Positions 26,401-39,400 of a DNA stretch of 60,000 nucleotides are shown piece after piece (the stretch's first letter is position 1; each line of letters opens with the position of its first letter). The translations under genes were made by a program, and so were the position numbers. Origin of the DNA: Botryllus schlosseri (lineage: Eukaryota). The DNA is taken from positions 18,912,001 to 18,972,000 of the forward strand of contig CM119372.1 in the NCBI GenBank assembly GCA_051294905.1, written 5' to 3'. The notes under the pieces are model-generated. The model was not told the origin of the DNA and ran no database searches. It saw nothing but the letters and a program-made list of their open reading frames with translations.

Positions 26401-29400
26401 TATACCAATGTATCGATATCATCAGAAATGTCCAAATATGAGCTGACAACATGTAAGATAGAATGTGTCTGACGATACGCGTTATATATTGCATAGCTCC
26501 AAGTTGTTTTTTAAAATTGGGTAACAGCGTCGTTTTCGTGATCTGAAATGAACTTTTCATCTATATGTTCAAAGAAGATATCAAGCTTATATGTATAGAT
26601 TTTCAGTCCAACCTTATGTCACGGAATTATGTCGCGGTAAATATATGCATTTGTGTAACGAAAATAATTCGAAACACCGACCAAAAATGTCAATACAATT
26701 TCAAACGTCAAGTTTACAACATTTTGACGGACTAATAGGGTAACCTACAATTTCAGTCAGACTGTAGTTTGAGCACCTCTAGAAATTTGATAGCATTGTA
26801 GTTTAGATAAATAATATGTAATATGAATACGGAAATGTCGAGGTCTGAGATTCAGTTATTCAAATAGGAGGAAATTTATAGCTACTTGCGTCAGCTATCA
26901 AATGGTCCTATCGTTTCGGATAGATTGTGATCTTGAGCGAGTTCTTAGCGATTTAGTATTCTTAATTTGTTCTATCTGCGGGTAATTTATAGCTTCCAAA
27001 GCAATATTTAAATTCATATGTTGCCTACTTTTTCTGAATATATGTCACTGTAATGCTTATCACTCACTTGAAGAAACTTTTAAATACTGTTTCACTGTGA
27101 AGTGCTGAGCACATTTGTTTTGGGCGAAACAATGAAAATATACTTCGCGCATATTCTCTATCATTACAATTTCCGTTATTATTAACAATCTTATTCCGGG
27201 TAAGGTATTCAATTTTATCGACTTATTTTGTAAATCGTGGTTCATTCTTGCGTAAATCCAACACAGTATTTCCTACCACAAGCCGATCATAATTTTATAC
27301 TTGTCGTCAGTATTCCGTTTGTAAACTAATTTTTGAGGTTGCTCGGGATTCTATAATCCACATATAGGTAGGGTCCACTGTATTAAGTATATAATGCGTA
27401 CAGCAGTTACAGTTACATGTCGATTTTCGTTGATCCCGTACATTGAGGATGAACTCCACTCCACAGAACACGTTGCGCTGGTCTCTATGAATGCAATACG
27501 TTTCTCTGAGAGCGCGGATTGTGTATATTTTCTTAGAGTATGATTCAGGACAGATCATGTTGCAGATTTAATGCATGTGCGATAAATTGAAGACGCTGGC
27601 CCGCGGCGTAGAATGTCGCCGAACTGCTCAATCGGCAAATGAAATTATCAGATGTTTATCGATGGCTGTTTACTAAACAGAGAAGCGGGCGGTAATCTAT
27701 GCAGATTTTAGTGATATCTCATCTTTTAAGATTCGCAACGCACCAAATTTCCAGCGAGATCTGGCGCTTCGGCGCACTCGAAATATTTTAGTTTTGTACA
27801 TCAGTTTTGCATATTGCGGCCACTGGAGCCTAAAACTTTGACTGAGCGTTACTATCACGCGGTATATCGCTTTCCATATAAACGATGATCAGCACGAGTC
27901 TGGTGAATTCGCAGGAAAGGCTGTTTGTAACTCTGTACCGCAAGAATCGTAACATTCGCGATGTAGTCCCAAGGTTGGATAAACAATCATAAAGCTTTAT
28001 TCCACGAATTCCGTATTATGACGTGTAGGAAGTTTCCCTGTCGTTGACACCTTTATGCCGCGTTTAGTCATCAATTCCAATCATTCGCGAAAGCATTTAC
28101 GGTAGTTCATATCATGACATTTTTCGCAAAATATCGATTCGCACCGTAATTTCGCACGCTTGCCGTACCATGCAATGCGCAGTTGGGTCAACCGAGATCG
28201 GTATCGCTTATTATGACGACACACGTCAGTTTGTTGAGTTATATTAGAATATAGATGTTAACCAATCTATACGGAGGTTAGTAATCTATAGATATCAATA
28301 ATTGCTCAAAATTCTTCCATCGCTAAGTACTTTCTTGATTACCCGCGGTGCCAATTATCGAGATGACAGATTCTCAATGGGTAGCAAGTTGTTTCGTTTG
28401 TCTGATCTCTATTCTACCAATCACGTGACGTAACTGAAGTTGCGTATTTCCTGCGTGTCAAAGCGCGCCTCTAACACATTCTTCGGTAGACCTGTTTTGA
28501 AGATTATTGTCAACGATGAGAGATGCGTGTTTTCGACGGTCTTTTCTCGCAAACCGCACTCTGAAGTCTGCACATGACATCGATACTAACGTTTCAGACG
28601 TGTTTTCGTGATATTATATATTATATGTCTTTGACAGAATGCAGGCGGGTTGAATCAGGGAATCCATCCTTCACAACCGGAATTACTTACCGGTAAGCTA
28701 GTCAATTCACCAAGCGGAAAACAGATCTTTCTAGTAGACGCTCCTACATGGTATTACGAGCGATTTCCGTTGAAGATTTCACCACCAAAGTTTCACCAAC
28801 TGAAGCCTGTGACAGGTACGGTATGCTCCCGACTCTTATCTTTGAAATATTTATTTGCCCGTTGCTACCGCGATGAAGCTATAACAAGGTGTTTTTTTCT
28901 AAAAGTAATTCTAATCTCCGTCAATAGTCTATATTCGCTATAAGTCCATTCTCTATAATATGAATGAAATATGTAGGCAAATCTTAACGTAATGATCAAA
29001 ATGAAAACCTGTTGCCAGAATTTGTTGATGCAAGTGCCTGCGCGGAAATCGGCGGTGCTTCGGAGGAAGAAAGGAAATGCGAGCTTGATGGCTGCCCCGC
29101 ATCTTGGACCATGTGGGCCAATTGGTCACCGTGCACAACCAGCTGTGGAATGGGAATCAGCCGTAGACAGCGAACGTGTGAAGGAGATTCTTCCGGAGGT
29201 AATCCGAAATTTATATAGCTCCATCGAGTCACATAGCCGGAAGATCTGAATGTTTTCATGCGGTTACCGACAGCTTTCCGAGATTAAAGACTCGTATGGG
29301 CTGACTCTATTCGAAATATATGTACTCAAGTGGTGTCGTTGATCAACTGCTGAATGTTTAAGTCCAAATTGCACCTACCTGTTATTGGTATTTGGGTCGC

Positions 29401-30452
29401 ATTCAATGATAACGCAGCTTCTCAATCGTCAACAATGGACCAGCCGTCAGGACAGATACACTTCGGGAAATATTTGAAATTATCATTGTATAGTGCGCAT
29501 TGGCGTAATTAAGTATATAGGGCTACTAACTCGACTAGCTTTTTACTAGAGTACCATTTTATTTTTACCGTACCATACGTCTTGTTCCCGTCTGCCTTTA
29601 CAGGAATATACTAAGGTTCATTGGCTAATCGTTTAATCTCAGCCAACGCTGAGAATGAAGTCAGCAAATTTTTATAAATACGATTACGATGACGGACGTT
29701 TATTTCAAATTCTGGACAGGAAGTGTCATTCGGCATACCCGCATTATCGTATCTACCGAGGTTATGCGTGCGACGGCAATGCAAGAATAACAACAGAAAA
29801 TGATTTTGTAAGAATATGCGAAATCGTGATAAGTCTCGAAACTGCAGCCGTCAGCGTCTTAACCCAATTACCCAACAACTACAATTAGAGTAATTGCGTT
29901 CTATATCTGTGCATTTCAGAAGCAATGCTCTAATGCCCTAGAAAAATCCAAGACGCATAACGTTTGCAAATTTGTGAGCTTTATAGGCCTTTTAAGTTTG
30001 GCATTTCTATTTAGATTCCTGTATTGGCAAGAAGTACGCATACAGAAGGTGTTACACACCACCGTGTTGGGACTCGTGGCAGAGCTGGACTAGTTGTTCA
30101 GCCACTTGTATGAGTCCGGGGGCGGTGAGAGAAAGAACGCGAAGATGTATCGGGAGAACGTCCGTCATACCGCAGTATACGAAATGCGAAGGGGAAGCGA
30201 CGGAAGTCGGGGAATGCAAAATAGGGGTATATCTGTACATAAAGTGTACCTTAGAATTGAAAACATTTTAAGATGTGTTAAATATCACCATCAAACTGTC
30301 CAATTACAACGATGGAACGAGCCACGGCACCGATTATATAATTATCCCTCAATTTAGTTTATGTTTCTTACATATATCATATGAGCTGACTCCGTTAAAT
30401 CGTTCGGTCGAAGTCGTGCGTGTAATATAAGCCGTTAATTAAACACTGTTGC

Positions 30453-30483
<31 letters not shown>

Positions 30484-33400
30484 GGTATGGAATTTTTTGG
30501 TGCTCGGCAGCAATGGCAGCCCTCAATTAGTTATATATGCATTGTTCCATCAAATCTGTTAAACCACCTGATGGCCATTTAGTGGATTCGATCTAAGTCA
30601 GGGGTCGCTGGTCACTTTTCAAATTCCGTAGAGTTCGCGGCACGCAAGAACGCAATATCTAGACAACATAGGCCTCACTTTTACGTCAGTACAATAAAGC
30701 TTTGCTCTCTGACATGGGCGACGTGTATAGTTAATACAAAAGAGGTAATATATTATTAAAGAAATACAAATTACAACAGCGACTCAGGCATCTATATTGG
30801 GGTTAACGAGACACGGTAGGCCATGGCCCACCGTTTTTAGTAGGCCATGGGTAGGCCTACTGGCTGAAATTATATATCCTAGTAAAACTTGATCTTGCGG
30901 AGAAGCTCTAAGCCGATTTTTAAGTGACTTGGTCTTTTTGGCAGTGTCCGGGCATTTGCACGTCAAGGGACTATACCCAGCCCATTCATTTCAGCTGATT
31001 CTCCCTCGATGGAATGGTGTTGCCATCGTCGAAACCGTTTCAACGATAGGGAGAAAAACTGATGTTGGGCACAGGAGAATAGCTAATTTTCAAACGAATA
31101 AAACAATATTTTGAAACTGAAATTAATTTCAGCATTTCAAAATGCTTTACTTTGCTGGTTCTTCCGAAATTTGAAAAATATGATATCGGACAAAGGTCTT
31201 TATGTCGACTGGTGCCATAATTACTCGAATAGAGTTAAGTTGCCTAATTACTCAGTATTATCATTCATAAAAACGTGATTTCAAAATAATTAAAAATCTC
31301 CGCCTTCGTATGTTTGGTACAGCATTACTTTTCCTTAGGCAATTGCTTAGTTGAAATTTCGAATCGATGGCAGATGGCAACTCATATAGAAGGTTACGAC
31401 ATTGTCGATTCAATTGTTTGGTAAATATTTGACATTTCCAGCAATTCAATTATGCCAAGTAAATGAATGACGGGAAGGTATCGAGACGAGGCCGTCACGA
31501 GAAATCCACTCCTTGGCCTGAAACGTGATGGAAATGTTAAGCACTGCGGTTGCTAATCTCACGCAAACTCTTGATATTAAGCAGTATTTCGAGCGCTTGT
31601 ACATTGTGAGAGTGTAGTGAATCATCTTTGGTTTCGATCGTTGCAGTGGTGTCCCGGAAAGGAATGGGGGAATTGGGGAGCTTTCGGCGAATGCAGCGCA
31701 TCGTGCAACGGGGGTTTTCGCAACAGAACGAGACTATGTCAGGCTTCCACTTGTTCCGGTCCGAGTATAGACTCGGTGAAATGCAACGATCACGTGGGTT
31801 AATTAAATACTCTCAAGTCCGTCAGGCTCGAATAATTGGTGTTGTGGTTTTCAACTTACAATCCAGGAATGCCCGTCTTGGTCTCAATGGACTTTTTTCT
31901 CTTGCTGTTCGGTCACGTGTGGAATGGGACGAAGGAAAAGATCGCGCGTATGCCTGAGCGGCGTTTCTGAAATTACTGGTGAGAATGCGACATCGCTGTT
32001 AGCGACAGCACTGGGCATACTTTTACGCAACATATACACAGCGCGAATAACACGGAACGGTTCATGAGCATATAGAGTCGGAGGTGTCGTAATAATTGTT
32101 CTTTCCTTCGGAGGTGAGGTTTGCAGCGTTGCCACGTCGCTATGACCAGCACCTTCACAGTATGCAGCGTGATACTGTAGTCCAGGGGCGTCCAACCTTT
32201 TTGGCCGTACGGTCACTTGCGGTGTATGAATGATTGCGCGTGCCACATTCGAAATTTCGCGTCCAAGATAGTCGTCATTTCTGTGGAGCAAACAATAAAT
32301 AAATAAATATCAATTTCTCGGAATGTTATTTCGCGATAATGAAGTCATTAAAAAATATCTGCGTGGGCCACAGGTTGGTGTAGTTAAATCATCACAAAAC
32401 TAGTCATTCTTTTTGATTTCTACCAACCTGATCATTCAGTAGCCAGAAAAAAGATAAGTCCCGCTCCACCAAATTAAACCAGCTGACTTCTGAGATCAAC
32501 AGCTACCTCATACCTAGAGGCTACAATTAAATTATTCCACATAAAGGCTTGTCTGTGTTAGATGCAGTTAGACCCGAATCTATAGTGGCGATCACCCGTT
32601 TTGCACATTTATAACCCCACGATTAGTATTGCTGACCGGCTTGCCGAAACGCCCCGCGGTCTAACAGGAATGAATAAGCCATGTACATTGTACTTACATA
32701 CATGTAGATCGCGCACGACCTTGTGAGAATGAATAGGCGATATACAGCGTACATAAGGGCCGTTAATATAGTATAATGTTCGGCTCCTCGCGTGTCCGAG
32801 ATCAGGGTAAACTCATTACTCACAAGCTGTTTGTTACGTAACATCAGCAAAAATTACTAATTGTTTTGCGTGAAAAGTTAATATCACCAAAACCTTTCAA
32901 CTTGTAGTTGCAAATGCCAACGACGCCCGTCATAATCCTACAATAATAGGCGAGACTAATTTGTTTTGTCACGATAGTGAAATTCGGTGACCACTATGAC
33001 GACGATGATGAAGGGTCGCAAGGTCAAGCGGTTGCCACCTGCCAAAGTACAGAGAGTCGGCAATCGGCAGTTGCAGATTTAAGTGATCGCGGCTGTAGCA
33101 CACAATATTGTTTTCAGGAAGATGTTATATCACTGTATGTCATATGGGCATTTGGGCAATCATGTAAATACTCCATAAAAATAGATCATATATTGTTTAC
33201 AAAAACATACAATAGTGCACAGTACGCACTACACACAATACATCATACCTAATTCATCGTTCAAGACACTATGATTAGGGCTGGGCTCAAGTACTCGATT
33301 ATGAATCGAGTATTAATTTTAATGATTCGGGTCATGTAATGAGAGATAATTTTTTCGAGTACTGCAATTTTCGAATGGTCATTTTGTAGGCTGTGATGGA

Positions 33401-36400
33401 AATTCGGTGGACTACGAACCGTGTTACAAACGGCTCTGTAATGCTCCTAAAGCATCTTCAATGTTCACCGGCTTCCGATGTGGCGTGGGCTCACCAGCGA
33501 ACCTGAAATCGATAGCTCGGCTGAGGATATTTGGCGGAAAAGTAGGTTGACGCTGGCTAATAATATGAGCGAAGGCTATATTAATCACGTGGCGATGTCT
33601 GTTTTGATATAGAAATCAGGTGCTCACGATTGGCCATGGCAAGTTAGCTGGCAGCACAGAGAGGGGCGAACATCCGACTGGTTGCATTTCTGTGGAGCAA
33701 CATTGATACATCCGAGATGGGTGGTGACTGCGAGTCATTGTACTGAAGAAACGTTAGTATCCGATCATGAATTCTAGCGAAATAAGTCACATAAGGAATC
33801 GTCATAAAAGTCTGAAGCAGGCCCACTTTGATAGACTTTAGTAGACTTTGGTAGACTTTGATATGAATCTGGTGTATCTGGTCGACTCGTAGCAAATCCG
33901 GGGGTGTTACGGATACGTATTACGTACACTCATAGCGAAAGGGGTGTGTATTCCCACCCGTGCACAACCCGTGATTATACAGGTGTGAATATACACCCGT
34001 GGTACACCAAAACAGAACATATCTCAGACTTACGCCGTAGTATAAATCAAACACAACATTTTACTCCAAATGGACTTTTTTACGTAGTGACATATGAAGG
34101 TATGCGCGTAAGCACTAGGCAGTATATAGGCACGTAGGATTTATGATCGCGATATGTTATATTGTGTCGCGCACCACCTTTTGTGTGTGAACAGTGAACA
34201 CACACTATATATTTCGCTAAGAGTGTAGGTTCCGTGCGATGTCACTGCATAATCACCATGTCTTGCTTCAATAAATGATATGATGTTCGACAATCAAACA
34301 CCGTTTTCCAGGGACTACGTTATGAACCATGTGAATCCCGGAGAAAATTGGTCGGTGGTTGTAGGAATGGTGATGCTGTACGAAGATGGGACCAGATATT
34401 TTACAGAGCGCGTTTTCGTGCATCCGAGATACCAGTACAAGTCAGTGACAAGAAGTATGTATTATTCCACAATTTTAAATTTATGCGATTAGACCAATTA
34501 GATCAATTACAAAATCTTCCATTTATTACTAAAACCGAATGGTGTAGGCTGCTATAGGCTACCGTAGGCTAAGCCATATATATGTAGGGAAGTCTGCCGG
34601 TAGCTTCTAATATAATTAATTTCGCAGAGGTAATTTTGTTAATCCATGTCCTAATCGGAGATGTTCTCATTGAAAAATCTCATGTTTACTATCAACTTAT
34701 GGCTGTGTTAAGCCTGGTCTTCCGCTAGTTGGAATTGAAAGTAGATGTTGCGATTTAGAAAATAAAGATATGAAAATTACCCAAGTATACGCGCAGTTTC
34801 ATGAAGTCAATTATGTAGAGACGTCCCATAGTCGATTTAAGAAGGCTGTCTTCGAAATTACAGGATGCATCTTCGCGATTTAACGCAAAATTACTAACTA
34901 ATAATAAGTCAAATTTTCTAAAATTCATACAGTTATCGTTATACAGAGACTATTTTGCACGGTCGGTATCGCAATTTCCCTCATAAACGTTATGGAAGTG
35001 GAAATGATATAAAACATAACGATTTGATTAAGTATTATGCAAGTACAAGCAAAACCTACTTGAATATACTCTGGAACAGTGGAATTAGTTCGCTACGGAC
35101 CACCTCTGATTGTACGAGTACTCTTTCGCAACTGTTTTATCTCGCTAAAATTTGAGCGAGTACTATCCTCCTTTTTTATGACGAGTAAAGTATTAAGACG
35201 ATTTCAGTAAGGAATTACGCTGCTTTAATGGCCTAGCCAGCGCGGCGACAGGGCCCGTGCCCACTTTTATATCGTGACGCCATCTGTGTTCACCATGCTG
35301 TACGTCACAATGTAGCCGTGACTTCACATTATTGTTATCCGTTCCCACGATTTGCCCCCGTCATTTCCGTATTTTCAGCATGGCTATACTCATATTGAAG
35401 CTGCCACATTCGCTGTGCCGAGTGTGCAATATGCATTGTGCAACGCACGTGTGGGTGTGGGCTTGCTCGTTTGTTTGTTTTGGAAATATTCTTGAGTCCA
35501 AAACATCACAAGATTGTGATACTAATAACGAAACGACTTGGTTTAGATTAGTAGTCTGACCCCCATACTTCTATTCCAGTAAACTTCACCCAAGGTATCA
35601 TATAGTGTATAGGCACATCATATAACCATATAGTTGAGGCAACTCTCATTTCCTATTTCGTAAAGCTTATACGGACGTCGTTGAAACTTTATCTGGAGGA
35701 GAATTGTTAGAGACAGGAAACTGAGATTTGCGTTCGCGATTACGAAGAAAAATAAATAAATACTGACCTGATCACATCTCTGCGTAGCACTAAGCTAGTC
35801 TAAAAGGTACTACTTTCCTGTAAGTACAATATATTTCGATAGTCTGAGGGCAGACGTCCCCGGTATTAGTAAATAACGAATCCTGCTCAGCTTTACTTAC
35901 AAATCATTAAATCAAGCACTCCTTATACCTTTGACCAAAAGCAGAGATGTGACAAACTCGTGGAGGGCTACTTTCTCGTCAAATCATACCGCCACTGCAA
36001 CCCTACAATTTTATGAGTTTTCTTGCAGATGATATAGCGCTCATCAAACTGCGAAGAATGGTGCCGATTACGAACACGGTGATGCCGGCCTGTATGCCGC
36101 GAAATAAGAGACCCACTCCTGGAACAGAATGCTATGTCACCGGATGGGGATACACAAGTACGTGACTGAGATGGACGAATATTGTCACACACATATCCTG
36201 ATAGACTAATTCCTTATCATATTCAAAGCAATGACTAATGAGTAATGACTCTGTCTACAGCAGAGGTCTCAAACACGCGGCCCGCGAGATCGTTTTGTGC
36301 GACCCGCGTCGTCATTTTGGATTTTGAAGTTTTCGACAATATTTACCTGCTACATATATATTTTTGTTGCTTTGAGAACTTTAAATTCGCTTTAAAACTA

Positions 36401-39400
36401 CTCTAAAACCCTGAAACTACTCATCGCATTACATTATGACATCACTTTCAAAAGTTACCGTGCGGGAGATGATCAGCTTTCACGTCATATTACCTCTTTA
36501 TGATGGTAAACATGACCCGCTGATGATTCGTGAGTGAAAATTGTGATTTGGACTTGGGCGCGACCTTTTGTAGGATTACTCGAGCTCGCAGTGAAGTGGC
36601 GATAAAATAAAAAATGACTCGACTTTAGTCGGGTCAAACTTCACAATCAGGGAATGACTTGTGACTCGGAGCGCCATGACTTGGTACGACGACGAAGGCA
36701 ACAAACTATCAGACTGTTATGGAGAATAATAATATATGAAAAGGTCACAGCTTGCATTGCGTAGCGTGTTTAGCTATTTAAGCAGGTCAAAATGACAATG
36801 TCAATCGTTGGCAATCTGTTGCCCGTTGATGTATAGTTAGTTACATCCTGTGTCATCTTGGGTCTGTTTATCCATGTTATTATCGCCAATTAAAGGTGGC
36901 GAGTGAGATAGTGGTACGCTTCACCTCTGTAACAATAATGGATTCATCGGCGATTGGACTGTTTTATTACTATGACACAATAATCATTATATCCAAGTTG
37001 TTATTGATCAGTTCCGATACTCGAAAGTAAATCTAACTCCGATGCATGCACGTCATGATGCATTTGTGCACTAACAAGGTGTCTATAACTAATTATTTTG
37101 ACAAACTTTATGCCAAGTACAACAGAAAAGTTATTCAAATATTTAAAAATGTGATTTTTTTCGTGCCAGGCCTGAATTCACAATAGTAAATCACATTTCC
37201 ACGAAGTTGTGTAATGCCAGTCTGCAAGGTCGCGTCCAATAAGGCCTACTTGGAAATACATTAAATAGCCTACCCCTGTTATTGGAGCTGCGGCCCGCTA
37301 AGCCATCAAAAACCAGGAAATTGGCCCGCGAGCATATTTGAGTTTGAGACCTCTGCTCTACAGTCTACAGACAGCTACAACCTTCGGGAAAATATTCACG
37401 CGGTTTTTGTGGCAATTTCACGCATACAAGTGACGCAGAATTATCACAAAACTTCCTACTACTTTTCAGATCTCTAAGTGTAAAAAGTAAGTCCCGCAGT
37501 AGAAGTGGAAGTAGTGTAGAAGTTAACCAATTGAGTAAGTGGTGGCAGTAGGCAAAACCTGCTTGAGTACTTCGATAAACTATAAGTACTTAGTTGCTGA
37601 CAAACCCTGAAAATAAGGTATATACGGAAAAAGTGCTTTTTAGATTGCTGTTGCATTCGTGGGATGAACTGCTTCATGTTGCCTTGTCATCTTGTCAAGC
37701 TTCTCAATTTCTGTTCAGGCGGCGACGAAAGTGCTTCGTTGTCTTTGAGTCTGAGGGAAGCGGCCGTTCCTATCATAAGGTTCGGTCAATGCCGCAATCT
37801 CGGCGAGTACTACAGATATTTTCTCGACTCGCGAATACACATGTGCGCCGGCAACCCCATCACTGCTTCATCCGACTCGTGCACGGTAAACGCCCTTCAT
37901 TTTTGGCAGCCTACACCTATGTATAGCTGGGCTTTACGGGGCACATTGGGGCGATCGTGATTTGTACTCGTAATTGATTACGATTTTTGAAGTCGTCGTA
38001 ATCCATTATTTGGCATAATGGATTTCTTTGCAAAATTGGGATTACTTTTTACGTTTACTAGGAATATGACAAGCTGAACGGTGAACATTTGTAAACAATG
38101 AATAGTACGATATGTGCTCGATGAAGGAGCGGCGCTCCGAAAGCTCGTGTAACTGTAATAAAGTTATATAAATCTAGAAGTGAACGTTAAATAGAGTGTG
38201 GAAACTAACAAGGTACGATATATGAAGTTATTAATAGTAACGTCGGATTTGTAAACCCCACGGCTTATTATTACGTCACAAGTATACTTATCATTTCGTA
38301 TAACAAGTTCTCCGCACGTATAGTCGGTAAATATTCGATGAAGTAGTATGATTGATAAAACCACCGCCATGCCTTGGGCCTGGTCATCAACAGATAATAC
38401 TACCTCGTAGAAAGAGGGTGATTATCACCGCTCCGATTAGATTCAAATAGTAATTATAGTATCGCAATTAATGACGTTTGATGCTTTGGTTAAATGGTTA
38501 AATGCTTACTTAACGCAGTTTAAATGTTGCCGGTATGGTCGAAAAGTATGTACCACTGACAAAGGTTTGAAAATTTATAATCATCAAATAAAGCATGACA
38601 ATTTCCACATCGATCAAATCATTAGAAGTTAACGGTTGCTGATATAAATCATAACTGAGCTATTCGTTGCCGTTACCGGTATCGACGACTCGCAATATCC
38701 GCAATAGGTGGATTGGACGTATGTTTATTTTATCTTATTCTCCTACGGCCGTTACTCAGAATTTGATTCCGTCGTGACCCGCTGATAGGCCCAGGACCGT
38801 AACTGCCGCATCCCAAACACCCAATTGGGGGGTGAGGCTAGCTCGAAAGGGATCCAAAACTATTTCGTGAAATAACATAAATTATAGTTTTTTTCAAAAA
38901 TTTTTCGCACTGCGCGCGATTTCATGTTGCCACATATCTTGTCTATTGGGTAGCCTACCCTTCCCCCAACAAAAAATAAGCATGATTTATAGAAATGGGC
39001 ACTTCAGCGTCGGCCATGTAACATGCGACTTCGAGAAGTGTGCCTGGACGATCAGCTGCGAGAAGACCTTGGCCGAAAAGAACTGCCCTTGTGCTGACCG
39101 AAAACTTCGCTATATATACAATTATAGGCCTACACAGATGTTTAATTGTCCATAGGCGCCTATATGGCTGACACTGAATGTTTTGACGATCTGAGCCCCA
39201 CAAGGCAAATGCAATTTCGCAGGGAAAAATTATTTGCCAGTAAAGAAATACCAATTTGAAATCGAGCGCGTCTTTTAGTTTATTAAATTTTGGCGATTTC
39301 AGTATCTTTTGACATAGCAGATAGGAGGTCACGAAATAGCATCATGTAACGAAGTCATTATACCCACGGATCCGCCCAAAGGTGTTTAATTATTATTTAC

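Noticed and set aside
38990..39110. MAM-domain-like [10 protein letters not shown] text
   Set aside because: It is a single short motif inside a probable transposon, with no further MAM features and no fit to the gene model.
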